Part shown: positions 9,619-19,584 of the stretch, piece by piece
Numbering within the stretch: the stretch's first letter is position 1
How the letters are laid out: each line of letters opens with the position of its first letter
Assembly (NCBI GenBank): GCA_040753015.1
Contig: JBFMHM010000001.1
Location: 8,193-72,192, forward strand
Origin: Candidatus Omnitrophota bacterium
Lineage (GTDB): Bacteria > Omnitrophota > Gorgyraeia > Gygaellales > JBFMHM01
Reading direction: 5' to 3'
DNA length: 64,000 nucleotides
Notes under the pieces: generated by a model
What the model saw: the letters and a program-made list of their open reading frames with translations, nothing else
Database searches by the model: none
What the model was told of the DNA's origin: nothing
Position numbers and translations under genes: made by a program

Positions 9619-9921
9619 ATGTCTGAAAAATTACTCACAGTTAGAGAAGTAGCTCAAATTTTGCATATAACCGAAAAAGAAGTACTCGATTTGAGCGAAA
9701 ATGGCGCCCTACCAGCTTATAAGATAGCCGGGGTTTACCTAAGATATAAACAGGATCAAGTTGAATCTTATAAAAAAGCACATTTTCTAGAAAATAAACA
9801 TAAGATCCTGCCAAAATTAACTATATCTGATAAATTCAAAGATTTTATATACTTTAATGACTTCTATATTATCTGTGGAGTAGTTATTATAATCATGCTT
9901 TATATTATTTTAAAAGGTTAA
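9619..9921 (+). CDS. excisionase-family HTH DNA-binding protein with C-terminal transmembrane helix
   Basis: The HTH_17 signature LLTVREVAQILHITEKEVLDLSENGALPAYKIAGVYLRYKQDQVESY is present, followed by a hydrophobic C-terminus. Confidence 0.55.
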   Translation: MSEKLLTVREVAQILHITEKEVLDLSENGALPAYKIAGVYLRYKQDQVESYKKAHFLENKHKILPKLTISDKFKDFIYFNDFYIICGVVIIIMLYIILKG

Positions 9922-11259
9922 ATGGGTTTATCTGGATTAGATATATATAAACTTCTGCCAAAAACTAATTGCCGTGAATGTGGGTATTCAAACTGTCTCG
10001 CATTTGCCCTTGCTATCGCAAAAAAGGCGGTTTCCATAGATAAATGCCCCCATATATCAAAAGATGTAAAACAAAAATTACTGGAAGCCGTTCTTCCGGC
10101 AATGAAACTTATCGAGATAGGCATAAATGATAGAAAAAGTTTAACTGGGCAAGAAACGGTATTATTCCGCCATGAAGAAAAATTTCATAATCCCTGCCTT
10201 TTAGGTTACATATTAGATGATAATCTGAATGAAGAAGAATTCGACAAAAGACTGCTAGATATTTCAAACATTAAATTTGAAAGAGTAGGGGAAATAATAA
10301 AACTTGATTTAATAGCACTAAGAAATAAAAGCAATAACTCTGAAAAGTTTAAAAACTGTATTAAAAAAATAGCTTTGCTAAGCAATTTGAACATTGTAAT
10401 AATTACTGATAATTTACAAATTCTAAAAGAATCGATAGATATTATTAAATCAAATAATGCTTTAATTTATTTTACTAAAGATCTGACTGATACCAATGTG
10501 TTAGATCTACTTAAAAAATACAATCCCCCTATAGTTATAAGCGCCGACAGATTAGAGGAATTCGATAATATCATCCCAAAGTTAATTGATATTGGATTAA
10601 ACAATCTCGTTTTAGAGACTAAATCAAAAAATGTACAAAACAAACTCTGGGATTTAACACAAATAAGAAGATTAGCATTAAAGAAAAAAAATAGGGCTTT
10701 CGGATTTCCACAACTTGTCACAGTCAAAAAAGACGATGATTTTAGTGGTGTAATGCAAGCAGCGACTTTTATAACAAAATATGCGAATGTAATCTTATTA
10801 GAAAATTTTGGGCTTGAAGATATTTTTGCCTTATTAACACTACGTCAAAATATATATTCCGACCCTCAAAAACCTCTGCAGGTTGAACCAAAGGCTTATG
10901 CTATAGGACAGGTTACAGATAATTCTCCCGTACTCGTAACTACTAATTTCTCTTTAACCTATTACACTGTCCTTTCAGAAGTAGAAGCCAGCAAAATCCC
11001 ATCATACATAGCAGCAATCAATACTGAAGGAATGTCGGTGCTGACTGCCTGGGCAGCGGAAAAATTTACACCAGAATCAATCACAAAAGGAATTAATGAT
11101 TACGCTATAAAAGATAAAGTCAAGCATAATAAAATAATTATACCCGGATATGTCGCAAACATGAATAAACATTTAGAAGATTTAAGTAAAACAAAAGTAA
11201 TCGTTGGGCCAAAAGAAGCGTCGGGTATCCCCAGTTTACTGAAGAGTTTATATAAATAA
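9922..11259 (+). CDS. acsC: corrinoid iron-sulfur protein large subunit (CO dehydrogenase/acetyl-CoA synthase gamma subunit)
   Basis: The N-terminus LDIYKLLPKTNCRECGYSNCLAFALAIAKKAVSIDKCPH is the AcsC/CdhE [4Fe-4S] motif. The 445-aa length and the following TIM-barrel region fit AcsC. Confidence 0.85.
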   Translation: MGLSGLDIYKLLPKTNCRECGYSNCLAFALAIAKKAVSIDKCPHISKDVKQKLLEAVLPAMKLIEIGINDRKSLTGQETVLFRHEEKFHNPCLLGYILDDNLNEEEFDKRLLDISNIKFERVGEIIKLDLIALRNKSNNSEKFKNCIKKIALLSNLNIVIITDNLQILKESIDIIKSNNALIYFTKDLTDTNVLDLLKKYNPPIVISADRLEEFDNIIPKLIDIGLNNLVLETKSKNVQNKLWDLTQIRRLALKKKNRAFGFPQLVTVKKDDDFSGVMQAATFITKYANVILLENFGLEDIFALLTLRQNIYSDPQKPLQVEPKAYAIGQVTDNSPVLVTTNFSLTYYTVLSEVEASKIPSYIAAINTEGMSVLTAWAAEKFTPESITKGINDYAIKDKVKHNKIIIPGYVANMNKHLEDLSKTKVIVGPKEASGIPSLLKSLYK

Positions 11260-13136
11260 TGATCGAGCGAATTAAAGTAACTTTCTTAGGATATAATAAA
11301 GAAATTTATATAGAAAAAGGCAAATCTATAATGAGTGCGGCTTTATCATGCGGAATTCATCTAAATTCTGTATGCGCAGGAGAAGGAATTTGTGGAAAAT
11401 GTAAAATAAAATTAAGAAGAGGAGAAGTTGATATACAAAATTCTGATGCTATAAGCACTCAAGATTTAAAATACGGCTTTTCCTTAGCCTGCCTAACTTA
11501 CCCAAGAACAAATGTAGTAGTAGAGATACCAAAAAGTTCTCGCATTGAGCCAGTGCTTAGGCAAGAAATTTACTCAAAAGCAAAAACAATAAAACAGGTT
11601 GATTTTAAATCACAAAAGTGCGATTTTAGTTATTTACCAGTTGTAAAAAAAATATATTTAGAACTACCTAAACCAAGCCTAATTGATAATATTAACGACC
11701 TCGACAGAGTATTAAGAGAACTCTCAAAGTATGTAGATATTAATAATATTAAAATTAGCTTAAACAATAGCCGCAATCTATCAAATGTATTGCGTAAAAG
11801 CGATTGGAAAATTACATTAACAATCGGCGAATATAACGAAACATATGAAATATTGAATATCGAACAAGCAGATACGTCAAGTTCAAATTTTGGTTTTGCA
11901 TTTGATATTGGCACAACTACTATTTCGGGAGAACTTATCGATTTAAAAACACAAAAGGTGCTGGGTGCAAAACTAACCTACAATAAACAAGCTAGTTTTG
12001 GTGCGGATGTAATTACAAGAATAGTCCATGCAAAGAATGCTCAGGGGCTTGAAAGATTACATAAAGCAGTAATTGAAGGGATTAATGAAATAATAGAAAA
12101 TTTAATTTCTGAATTTAATATAGATATAAATGATGTTACTTGCTTAACCTGTGCTGGAAATACAACAATGATACATTTACTTATGCGCATTGATCCTAGT
12201 TTTATTAGAAGAGAGCCATATATACCGGCTATAACATTTCTGTCGGCAATAAAAGCTCATGAAATTGGTATACAGATCAGCACGCACGGACTTTTATATA
12301 TTATTGCTGGCATATCAAGTTATCTTGGAGGAGATATCACAAGCGGCATACTTGCAAGCGGCATATACAAAGAACAGAATCCTTGTCTTTTAATCGATAT
12401 TGGAACTAACGGCGAAATTATATTAGGAAATAAAGAATTTTTAATTGGCTGTGCCGCATCTGCTGGGCCTGCATTTGAAGGATCTGGAGTTACATCAGGA
12501 ATGAAAGCAACCAGAGGAGCGATTGAAAAAGTTAAGATTGATAAAAATTTGAATATAACACTTCAAACAATTGATAACGTGAAACCAATTGGTATATGCG
12601 GCTCTGGATACATCAATCTTATAGCAGAAATGCTTAAGGCAAAAATATTGGATAAAAACGGAAAAATATCTATAGTAAAAAATAAACGGGTAAAAAAAAC
12701 AAAGGTGGGATTAGAATTTAAAATCGAAAAAAATATTGTAATTACCGAAGCAGATATAGATAATATTAAACGATCTAAAGCGGCTATTTATGCTGCAATT
12801 ATTACATTACTCGAACATATGCAATTAAATTTTGATTCTATAGATAAAATTTTTATTGCTGGAGGATTTGGTAATTATATCGATATCGAACAAGCGATAA
12901 CTATCGGACTTTTACCTGATATCGACAGAAATAAATTTATATTTATTGGCAACAGTTCTTTGAATGGCGCAAAACAAGCAATCCTATCAAACACAGCATT
13001 TAAAAAAACAAGAGAAATTGCAAAACAAGCAACTTATTTTGAATTATCAACGGATTCTAAGTATATGAATGAATATACCGCTGCTTTGTTTTTTCCGCAT
13101 ACGGATAAAAAACGCTTTCAAACTATAAATATATGA
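11259..13136 (+). CDS. reductive activator of corrinoid Fe-S protein (RACo; 2Fe-2S ferredoxin + ASKHA ATPase, DUF4445)
   Basis: An N-terminal plant-type ferredoxin domain (CGIHLNSVCAGEGICGKCK) is followed by an acetate/sugar kinase-like ATPase fold. At 625 aa it sits between acsC and acsD, as in Wood-Ljungdahl clusters. Confidence 0.8.
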   Translation: MIERIKVTFLGYNKEIYIEKGKSIMSAALSCGIHLNSVCAGEGICGKCKIKLRRGEVDIQNSDAISTQDLKYGFSLACLTYPRTNVVVEIPKSSRIEPVLRQEIYSKAKTIKQVDFKSQKCDFSYLPVVKKIYLELPKPSLIDNINDLDRVLRELSKYVDINNIKISLNNSRNLSNVLRKSDWKITLTIGEYNETYEILNIEQADTSSSNFGFAFDIGTTTISGELIDLKTQKVLGAKLTYNKQASFGADVITRIVHAKNAQGLERLHKAVIEGINEIIENLISEFNIDINDVTCLTCAGNTTMIHLLMRIDPSFIRREPYIPAITFLSAIKAHEIGIQISTHGLLYIIAGISSYLGGDITSGILASGIYKEQNPCLLIDIGTNGEIILGNKEFLIGCAASAGPAFEGSGVTSGMKATRGAIEKVKIDKNLNITLQTIDNVKPIGICGSGYINLIAEMLKAKILDKNGKISIVKNKRVKKTKVGLEFKIEKNIVITEADIDNIKRSKAAIYAAIITLLEHMQLNFDSIDKIFIAGGFGNYIDIEQAITIGLLPDIDRNKFIFIGNSSLNGAKQAILSNTAFKKTREIAKQATYFELSTDSKYMNEYTAALFFPHTDKKRFQTINI

Positions 13137-14026
13137 TATTCGAAACAATTATCGGATCTATTAAAGTTGGCGGAGAGTCAGTTTTACCATTCTTAATTCA
13201 AGAAGGCAAAGTACCTAATAAACCAGTTATTGCTTTCGAAGTATGGGATATGCCTCCTTATGACTTTCCGCAAAGTTTATCTGAACCTTTTGGGAACGCT
13301 TTAAACAACCCATTAGATTGGGCTTTAAAATGCGTTAATGATTATGGAGCAAAATTGCTCTGTATAAAATTACAAAGCATTAATCCTGATACCCTAGATA
13401 AAAATTCTAAAGAAGCAGTCAAATTTATCAATAATCTCATAAAAGCCGTAGATGTGCCATTAATTATTCAAGGATCAGGCAATAAAGAAAAAGATAATTT
13501 AGTTTTGCCAGAGATAGCATCTATTGCAAAAGGAAAAAAATATTTGATTGGATCTGCAACGCAAGACAATTATAAGATATTAGCAAAAACATGTATAGAT
13601 AATAACCACTCAATAATTGCTGAATCGCCCATTGATATAAATATTGCCAAACAACTTAATATTCTTTTAAGCGATGCCGGTGTCGAACCAAGTCGAATCG
13701 TAATCAATCCAACTGTAGGATCTTTAGGGTATGGCCTCGAATACGCGTATTCAATTATGGAAAGGGCGCGATTAGCTGCGCTGGCAGGCGATACCATGCT
13801 TGCACAAAGCTTTATTTGTTTTGCAGGCCAAGAAGCATGGCGGGCAAAAGAAGCAAAGGCAAAAATGTCAGAAATGCCTGCATGGGGTGATGAAAAAAAA
13901 CGTGGCCTCCTATGGGAAATAATTACAGCTATTAGTTTCCTGCAATCTGGTGCTGATATTTTAGTTATGCGCCATCCCAAGGCAATAAAAGCAGTAGAAA
14001 ACTACCTTAACGACCTATTACCGTAA
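13133..14026 (+). CDS. acsD: corrinoid iron-sulfur protein small subunit (CODH/ACS delta subunit)
   Basis: This is a 297-aa TIM-barrel protein in the acsC-RACo-acsD-acsE order. Its sequence (GGESVLPF, EAWRAKEA...WGD) resembles CdhD/AcsD. Confidence 0.7.
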   Translation: MIFETIIGSIKVGGESVLPFLIQEGKVPNKPVIAFEVWDMPPYDFPQSLSEPFGNALNNPLDWALKCVNDYGAKLLCIKLQSINPDTLDKNSKEAVKFINNLIKAVDVPLIIQGSGNKEKDNLVLPEIASIAKGKKYLIGSATQDNYKILAKTCIDNNHSIIAESPIDINIAKQLNILLSDAGVEPSRIVINPTVGSLGYGLEYAYSIMERARLAALAGDTMLAQSFICFAGQEAWRAKEAKAKMSEMPAWGDEKKRGLLWEIITAISFLQSGADILVMRHPKAIKAVENYLNDLLP

Positions 14027-14034
14027 GGAGATTT

Positions 14035-14829
14035 ATGCTTATTATTGGTGAATTAATTAATGGTATGTTTAAAAATGTACGCGAAGCTATTCTTAATAAA
14101 GATAAACAAACTATTATAGATTTAGCAATTAAACAAATCGAGGCGGGAGCAAACGCATTAGATGTCAACGTTGGGCCACTGTCAAAAGAACCTGTTACAG
14201 ATATGGAATGGCTGGTAAACACAATTCAAGAAAAAGTTAATACGCGGTTATGCCTCGATAGCACAAAGCCTGAGCTTATTGAAGCTGGCCTTAAACTTGC
14301 AAAAAATAAAGCTATAATTAATTCAACTACTGCTGATGTAGAAAAATTAAATATTGTCGTGCCACTAGCTTTACGATATAATGCATCTTTAATCGGGCTT
14401 GCTTTAAATAAAAAGGGCGTGCCGCAGGATAAAGACAGAAGGCTAGAACTCGCGGCTGAAATTGTAGGATTTTGCGAAGCAGAAAATTTTCCAATTAAAG
14501 AATTGTATTTAGATCCAATTGTCCTGCCTATAAATGTGGCGCAGGCCCAATCAAATATAATATTTGATAGTATAAAAGAATTTAAATTACTATCGGACCC
14601 GAGCCCAAATACAATTATTGGATTAAGTAATTCTTCTCAAGGGGCAAAAAATAGAAGGATTATCAACAAAACTTATGCAATTATGTCTATGCTTTCAGGA
14701 TTAGATGCGGCAATATTAGACCCGCTAGATAAAGATTTGATTGATTTAATAATAACTAGTGAAATAATTTTAAATAAACAAATCTACTGCGATTCATTCC
14801 TAGAAGCATATAGAAAAAAGGCGGGGTAG
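14035..14829 (+). CDS. acsE: methyltetrahydrofolate:corrinoid/iron-sulfur protein methyltransferase (pterin-binding domain)
   Basis: The sequence MLIIGELINGM...AIKQIEAGANALDVNVGP...RLCLDSTKPELIEAGLKL is the DHPS-like pterin-binding fold typical of AcsE. The gene is 264 aa. Confidence 0.82.
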   Translation: MLIIGELINGMFKNVREAILNKDKQTIIDLAIKQIEAGANALDVNVGPLSKEPVTDMEWLVNTIQEKVNTRLCLDSTKPELIEAGLKLAKNKAIINSTTADVEKLNIVVPLALRYNASLIGLALNKKGVPQDKDRRLELAAEIVGFCEAENFPIKELYLDPIVLPINVAQAQSNIIFDSIKEFKLLSDPSPNTIIGLSNSSQGAKNRRIINKTYAIMSMLSGLDAAILDPLDKDLIDLIITSEIILNKQIYCDSFLEAYRKKAG

Positions 14830-14893
14830 CTCAGCCTGGTAGAGCAAGCGGCTCATACCCGCTCGGCCGGTGGTTCAAATCCACTCCCCGTCA
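14820..14893 (+). tRNA. tRNA with CAT anticodon (elongator Met or lysidine-type Ile2)
   Basis: I folded it by hand. The acceptor stem is GGCGGGG/CCCCGTC, the D arm GCTC...GAGC, the anticodon stem AGCGG/CCGCT with loop CTCATAC, and the T arm GGTGG-TTCAAAT-CCACT. The 1-72 pair is matched and the anticodon stem is not GGG/CCC, so it is not the initiator. Its first base lies within the acsE stop codon. Confidence 0.85.
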
Positions 14894-14912
14894 TTTAAAA
14901 AATCAAAAATAA

Positions 14913-15902
14913 TTGAAATCCCATATTATTGAACAATTTTTAAAAACTTCTTGCCGCGCCGGACTAATTAATAAGAATGATCGTATATTAATTGGTGTCT
15001 CTGGTGGGCCGGATTCAGTTTGTTTACTTTATCTGCTTAACTCAATTAAAAAAAAGTTTAATCTCTATTTGCATATTGCTCATCTTGATCATGGCCTAAG
15101 AAAAGATTCACATAGCGATAGGCTATTCGTTGAACAACTCGTAAAAAAACTAAACTTACCGTGCGCAACCGAAAAAATTCAGGTTAAAAAAATTGCCCGA
15201 AAATCACTTGAAGAAACTGCCAGAGAAATTCGTTATGATTTTTTCTTTAAGATTGCGAAAAAAAAATTAATAACAAAAATTGCCGTGGGACATAACTTAG
15301 ACGATCAAGCAGAAACCGTTTTAATGCGGATTATTCGAGGCAGCGGAATCGAAGGTATGTCAGCAATTTCACCAAAGAAACAAATTAATGGCTTTACAAT
15401 TATTAGGCCTTTAATTGAAACTATGCGATATGATATTGAAAAATATTTAAAACAGAAACGAATCGCACCAAGACAAGATTATACAAATAAAGATGCAAAA
15501 TTTCTAAGAAATAGAATTAGAAAAAATTTACTGCCAATATTAGAACAGTATAATCCAAATATTAAAAAAAATCTTAGTAATCTCGCTCAAATATTAAGCC
15601 AAGATTTTGATTACTTGAACAATCAGGCTTTAGAATTTTTCAATAAAAAAATTAGTAAAAAAAGAGGGCTTGTAAAAATTAATTTAGATGCACTTAAAAA
15701 GCTACACCCGTCATTACAAAATCTCGTTATCAGAAATTCAATTGAATACCTAGCAGGAAATAAGAGGCAATTTAGTTTTGTGCATCTAAAAGAAATTCAA
15801 GAACTTATCAGTTTTCGTCCGAATAAATCTATTGTTGACTTACCCCATAAAATACAAGCTATAAAAACCAAAAAATCTCTTGTCCTCCAAGTCAAAGCAT
15901 AA
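14913..15902 (+). CDS. tilS: tRNA(Ile)-lysidine synthetase
   Basis: The PP-loop LIGVSGGPDSVCLL and HLDHGLR are present. The 329-aa gene lies upstream of ftsH, which is the conserved tilS-ftsH arrangement. Confidence 0.9.
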   Translation: MKSHIIEQFLKTSCRAGLINKNDRILIGVSGGPDSVCLLYLLNSIKKKFNLYLHIAHLDHGLRKDSHSDRLFVEQLVKKLNLPCATEKIQVKKIARKSLEETAREIRYDFFFKIAKKKLITKIAVGHNLDDQAETVLMRIIRGSGIEGMSAISPKKQINGFTIIRPLIETMRYDIEKYLKQKRIAPRQDYTNKDAKFLRNRIRKNLLPILEQYNPNIKKNLSNLAQILSQDFDYLNNQALEFFNKKISKKRGLVKINLDALKKLHPSLQNLVIRNSIEYLAGNKRQFSFVHLKEIQELISFRPNKSIVDLPHKIQAIKTKKSLVLQVKA

Positions 15903-15943
15903 TATAATAAAAATTTAAGTTACTAAATTTCACTGGAGAAAAT

Positions 15944-17857
15944 ATGAATAATCACAAACAGAAAAAAAATAATCATACTATTAACAAAATAAAGCCCGGA
16001 TTCGATAAATCTTTTTTCTTTTGGCTTTTAGTTATTATGGCCATTGTTTATCTTTTTAGAGAAAGTTCCAATATCGCAACACCAGTAAAAAATATTAACT
16101 ACGGCAACTTTTTTCAGATTTTAAAAGATAATGATAAGACGCAAGAAATAAAATCAATAATCAAAATTGAATCTGAGCTAAAAGGTGAGTTTTCAGATGG
16201 AAGCTTATTTAAAGTTGATATTCCTCAAGCGCTTGAAGATAAAGACCTTATTCCAACATTAAGAGAAAATATTAAAGATTTTAAAATTCAACAAAGAAGC
16301 TTATTTTGGTCATTCATCGGATCATTATTTCCATTTATTCTTTTAATTTTATTTTGGTGGATGATGGCATCGCGCGGCCAAGAATTAGGTAACCGAATAT
16401 TAGGATTTGGTAAGTCTAGAGCGCAGTTACTCGATACAAAAGAAAAAAAGAAAAAAATAACCTTTCAAGACGTTGCTGGAGTTGATGAGGCAAAAGAAGA
16501 GCTTCAAGAAGTTATTGAATTTTTAAAAGATCCTAAAAAATTTCAACGGCTTGGCGGAAAAATCCCTAAAGGCGTTCTACTCGTAGGGCCTCCAGGATGC
16601 GGAAAAACTTTGATTGCTAAAGCTGTCGCGGGAGAAGCCGAAGTACCATTTTTTTCAATAAGTGGCAGTGATTTTGTTGAAATGTTTGTAGGAGTAGGGG
16701 CTTCCCGCGTGAGAGATTTATTTGACCAGGCAAAACGCACTGCTAAAATTGCCGGTAACAAAGGATGCATAATTTTTATTGACGAAATCGATGCTGTAGG
16801 ACGGCTAAGATTTTCTGGGCTTGGCGGAGGCCATGACGAACGAGAACAAACACTTAATGCACTTTTAGTTGAAATGGATGGTTTTAATCCTAATGAAGGT
16901 ATAATTTTAGTAGCTGCAACTAATAGGCCAGATACTCTCGATCCAGCCCTTCTTCGCCCAGGTAGGTTCGATCGCCATATCGTCGTTGACAGGCCAGACG
17001 TAAAAGGACGAGAAGCAATTTTAAAAGTCCATACGAAAAACATAAAAGTTGACCCTAATGTCGACTTAAATTCTATAGCAAGGCAAACTCCTGGATTTTC
17101 TGGGGCAGATCTTGCCAATCTTTGTAATGAGGCAGCACTTTTGGCTGCGCGCCACGACAAAGAAACGGTTACAATGAAAGAAATGCAAGATGCGATTGAA
17201 AGAGTCATCGCCGGCCCAGAGAGAAAATCACGTGTGATTTCAAAAAAAGAGAAAGAAATTGTTGCTTATCATGAATCTGGCCATACGCTTGTTTCACTAC
17301 TTGTCCCCGGTGTTGACCCGTTACACAAGGTATCTATTATTCCAAGAGGAATTGCTGCTTTAGGTTATACCATGCAACTTCCTGAGCATGACCGCTATAT
17401 CATTACACGCAACGAATTGATTGGCAGAATAACTGTACTTCTAGGAGGCAGGGCATCGGAAGAAATTACTATAGGCGACAAAACAACAGGTGCAGAAAAT
17501 GACCTCGAAGTTGCAACACAACTCGCTAGAAAAATGGTTTGCGAATTTGGTATGTCTGATAAACTCGGACATTTAACACTTGGCAGAAGAAATGGCCCTG
17601 TGTTTTTAGGTAAAGATTTGGTGGAGGAAAGGAATTATAGCGAAGAAACAGCCGAAAAAATTGATACGGAGATTCATAAAATTATAGATGATGCATATAA
17701 CAATGCAAAGAAGCTTTTAACTGAAAATAAAGATAAACTTATAAAATTAGCTAATACACTCCTTGAAAAAGAAGTAATGGATGAAAAAGAAGTAAGGTTG
17801 GTTACCGGGCTTACAAAACTAGAAGAACAGACGAATAAAGATATAAGTAATGTCTAA
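15944..17857 (+). CDS. ftsH: ATP-dependent zinc metalloprotease FtsH
   Basis: The Walker A motif GPPGCGKT is present. The AAA domain is followed by an M41 zinc protease domain with the His-Glu-x-x-His zinc-binding motif (HESGH). N-terminal transmembrane helices are present. Confidence 0.97.
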   Translation: MNNHKQKKNNHTINKIKPGFDKSFFFWLLVIMAIVYLFRESSNIATPVKNINYGNFFQILKDNDKTQEIKSIIKIESELKGEFSDGSLFKVDIPQALEDKDLIPTLRENIKDFKIQQRSLFWSFIGSLFPFILLILFWWMMASRGQELGNRILGFGKSRAQLLDTKEKKKKITFQDVAGVDEAKEELQEVIEFLKDPKKFQRLGGKIPKGVLLVGPPGCGKTLIAKAVAGEAEVPFFSISGSDFVEMFVGVGASRVRDLFDQAKRTAKIAGNKGCIIFIDEIDAVGRLRFSGLGGGHDEREQTLNALLVEMDGFNPNEGIILVAATNRPDTLDPALLRPGRFDRHIVVDRPDVKGREAILKVHTKNIKVDPNVDLNSIARQTPGFSGADLANLCNEAALLAARHDKETVTMKEMQDAIERVIAGPERKSRVISKKEKEIVAYHESGHTLVSLLVPGVDPLHKVSIIPRGIAALGYTMQLPEHDRYIITRNELIGRITVLLGGRASEEITIGDKTTGAENDLEVATQLARKMVCEFGMSDKLGHLTLGRRNGPVFLGKDLVEERNYSEETAEKIDTEIHKIIDDAYNNAKKLLTENKDKLIKLANTLLEKEVMDEKEVRLVTGLTKLEEQTNKDISNV

Positions 17858-18704
17858 AGATTTAATTCTGGACTTAGGCCGTTACAAACATAACTGTACC
17901 AAGCGGCCTCTGATTATGGGAATTTTAAATATAACTCCCGATTCTTTTAGTCATGATGGTTTATATGGAAGCCGAATGTCTGCAATAATAAAAAAAGCAA
18001 TGAAGATGGAGGAAGACGGCGCTGATATAATTGATATTGGAGGCGAATCTAGCAGACCTTTCTCAAAACCAATATTAATAAAAGAGGAAATCTTAAGAAT
18101 AATTCCTGTAATAAAAAAAATAATAAAAAAAATCCATATACCAATATCAGTTGATACTTACAAACCTCAAGTTGCAAAAGAAGCTTTAGATAACGGAGCG
18201 GCTATAATTAATGATATAACCGCGCTTAGTTATGATGTAAACATGGCTAAGATTATTAAAGAATTTAATGCGACTGTCATACTTATGCATATGCAAGGGA
18301 ATCCTAAAACGATGCAAAACAAACCAAAATATAAATCAGTAATTAATGATATTTATTTATATCTTCAAAAATCAATCAATATGGCAAATAGTTTTGGCAT
18401 AAAAAGTAAAAAAATTATAATTGATCCTGGTATAGGTTTTGGAAAAACAGTAGTTGATAATTTAAGAATTATAAAAAAATTAGGTACGTTTAAAAAGTTA
18501 AACCAGCCAATTTTAATTGGGATTTCTAGAAAATCATTTATTGGAAAAATTTTAAATATAGATGTAAAAAAACGGCTTGTTGGAACAATCGCAAGCGAAT
18601 GCATTGCTATTATTAATGGTGCAAATATTTTAAGGGTGCATGATGTTAAAGAAACTAAACAAATGATCGATATATGCCAAGCGATATCCAATTCACAAAT
18701 ATAA
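17850..18704 (+). CDS. folP: dihydropteroate synthase
   Basis: The sequence ILNITPDSFSHDGLY...ADIIDIGGESSRP is the DHPS pterin-binding signature. Confidence 0.9.
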   Translation: MSKDLILDLGRYKHNCTKRPLIMGILNITPDSFSHDGLYGSRMSAIIKKAMKMEEDGADIIDIGGESSRPFSKPILIKEEILRIIPVIKKIIKKIHIPISVDTYKPQVAKEALDNGAAIINDITALSYDVNMAKIIKEFNATVILMHMQGNPKTMQNKPKYKSVINDIYLYLQKSINMANSFGIKSKKIIIDPGIGFGKTVVDNLRIIKKLGTFKKLNQPILIGISRKSFIGKILNIDVKKRLVGTIASECIAIINGANILRVHDVKETKQMIDICQAISNSQI

Positions 18705-19471
18705 TTCAACTATTAAATATAAGTAAACCACTGTTTGAAATAATAATTTTGTGGTTTGTATTGTATCAAATTATGCTTTTTTTCGAAGGAACTAGGGCCT
18801 TTCAAGTGCTTAGAGGAATCATAGTTCTAATCCTTGCTTTCATTATTGTTCAATCATTAAAATTCTATACACTTGAATGGCTATTAACAAGGATTTTTGC
18901 AATTTCAATTATTGCATTTTTAATTATATTCCAGCCCGAAATCAGGCAGGGCTTGGCTCGCATCGGAAGAAAACATTTATTTCATACAAGCCTTGGCGAA
19001 GAAGAGCTAGAAGAAATGTTAAGTGAAATAATAAATTCGTCTATTAAGATGGCCCATCGTAAAAATGGAGCATTGATTGTTATCGAAAAAGAAGATACGC
19101 TCAAACAATTCATTGAAACTGGCATAGTTATCGATGGCAAAATCAGCGAAGAAATAATGCAATCAATTTTTAATCCCTTAAGCGTTCTGCATGATGGGGC
19201 AATCATAATACAGGCAGGCAGAATAATTGCTGCTGGATGCGTTCTCCCTTTATCCGAAATCCCAAAACTGGAAAGGCATTTAGGTACGCGCCATCGCGCG
19301 GCAATTGGCTTAACCGAACAAACCGATGCAATCGTTATTGTTGTCTCAGAAGAAAATGGTACAATTTCTCTAGCCGAGGAAGGACGCTTAATGCAAAATT
19401 TAGACAAAGAAGAATTATTTAAGAAACTTAAAAATTCACTCAGATCAAACGATGGCAAAAATAAAAAATAA
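18674..19471 (+). CDS. cdaA: diadenylate cyclase (c-di-AMP synthase), membrane-anchored
   Basis: Three N-terminal transmembrane helices are followed by the DAC domain (DGAIIIQAGRIIAAGCVLPLSE...TRHRAAIGLTEQTDAIVIVVSEENG). Confidence 0.9.
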   Translation: MPSDIQFTNIIQLLNISKPLFEIIILWFVLYQIMLFFEGTRAFQVLRGIIVLILAFIIVQSLKFYTLEWLLTRIFAISIIAFLIIFQPEIRQGLARIGRKHLFHTSLGEEELEEMLSEIINSSIKMAHRKNGALIVIEKEDTLKQFIETGIVIDGKISEEIMQSIFNPLSVLHDGAIIIQAGRIIAAGCVLPLSEIPKLERHLGTRHRAAIGLTEQTDAIVIVVSEENGTISLAEEGRLMQNLDKEELFKKLKNSLRSNDGKNKK

Positions 19472-19584
19472 ATTATTTATTTTCTTCGCTACTCATCCAT
19501 GGCTAAAATTAATTTCATTAATATTAGCTATTTTAATGTGGTTATTTGTTAAAGAAGAAATAAATAAATTCAATCATTAATATT

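Noticed and set aside
9082-9921. Excisionase-family HTH proteins as evidence of a prophage or integrative element
   Set aside because: No integrase, recombinase, transposase or phage structural genes exist anywhere in the window. HTH_17 domains are common in stand-alone MerR-like regulators.
16543-17208. 221-aa minus-strand ORF, plus other minus-strand ORFs such as 9063-9584, 13570-13980, 18982-19458, 51203-51694 and 57882-58376
   Set aside because: All of them lie antisense inside well-supported + strand genes (ftsH, bactofilin, acsD, cdaA, groEL, memo/DUF1844). They have low-complexity Ser/Pro/Ala-rich or Ile/Phe-rich composition typical of antisense frames of AT-rich genes. None has a recognisable motif.
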